A stretch of DNA of 63,702 nucleotides, the filler included, from Octopus bimaculoides (lineage: Eukaryota), in NCBI RefSeq assembly GCF_001194135.2. It is 5 parts of 5 records of this genome, joined end to end, with 100 filler letters (N's around TTAATTAATTAA, not from the genome) between each part and the next. Parts side by side here need not be neighbours in the genome. Positions count along the whole stretch, not along the records: positions 61,073 to 63,702 come from NC_068984.1; 4 more parts are not named here. One strand, written 5' to 3'. A program made the position numbers and the translations under genes. A model generated the notes under the pieces. The model searched no databases, was not told the origin of the DNA, and was given only the letters and a program-made list of their open reading frames with translations. Of the stretch, positions 62,974 to 63,702 are shown one piece after another (position 1 is the stretch's first letter; every line of letters begins with the position of its first letter).

Positions 62974-63702
62974 TTTCTGTGGCCGATAGGTATTTATATT
63001 TTTTTAGATTTTAATTATTTCTGTGGGAGGTTTTGGAATATAACACCCACGATAGTCGAGGGATTACTGTAAATTGCTTAGTAATAATACAAATCGAAAT
63101 AAAACCAAAGAAAAGCTAAGTTGAAAGATTTATAGTGTTTAAGGTAATGAAAAGAGAAGAGAGAGAGATAAATAAATTTTTGAAAGAAACAAAAGAAAAA
63201 AATATCTTTTTTCTAAAATCAATCTCAATAGATCTAATTAATTTAATCTGTTCAGGCTATGTTTAATTAATGCCTCATGACTTAATGAGAAAGTTACATT
63301 GATTAGGTGGATTGATCAGCTGTTGGTAACTGAGGTGGCAAGCTCTAATATCATGTGTGCATGTATGTTAACTTTTAGTGGTGTATGTGTGTGACTGTGT
63401 GTATGCACACATGTGTGCGTTCTTGACGTGATATCACGTGATATTTGGAAATGGGTGAAGTTTGGTAACAAGAAGGCCATCTAACAGTAGAAAATCTACC
63501 TTGACATATTTCATCTGGCCCACACAAGCATGGAAAAATGAACAGTAAAATGAATATGATGATGATGACGTGTGTATATATATATATATATATATATGTA
63601 ACTGATACAGTTGCTAGTGTTTGTTGTTAGGTTTGATAAAATGCATGATGGTAGCTGCTCTTGTGATTACATCTTTCTTTGTATTACTATTTGTTGATTT
63701 TT

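Overview
AT-rich, microsatellite-dense animal genomic DNA with many N gaps. The SINE families and gene homologies suggest a cephalopod, probably an octopus (inference). It is not prokaryotic: there are no operons, CRISPR arrays, rRNA or true tRNA genes, and almost all six-frame ORFs are microsatellite or gap artefacts. Three protein-coding loci are supported by splice sites and motifs. (1) A minus-strand multi-exon gene at 5386-7986 in which each phase 1-1 exon encodes one 6-Cys pacifastin/VWC-like module, with different predicted P1 residues and dibasic KK sites between modules. None of its exons is translated in full in the ORF track. (2) A 535-nt plus-strand APCDD1 exon at 44075-44609. (3) A 147-nt minus-strand PPP1R21 exon at 61474-61620. 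The remainder is tRNA-headed SINEs, RTE and R4/Dong-like LINE remnants, maT/mariner, hAT and Chapaev-like DNA transposon remnants, two degenerate hammerhead-like motifs, several fold-back palindromes and simple repeats. Four 100-bp N44-TTAATTAATTAA-N44 linkers are artificial joins and probably explain why the genes are fragmentary. Exon coordinates were counted by hand; repeat boundaries are approximate unless TIRs or TSDs are given.
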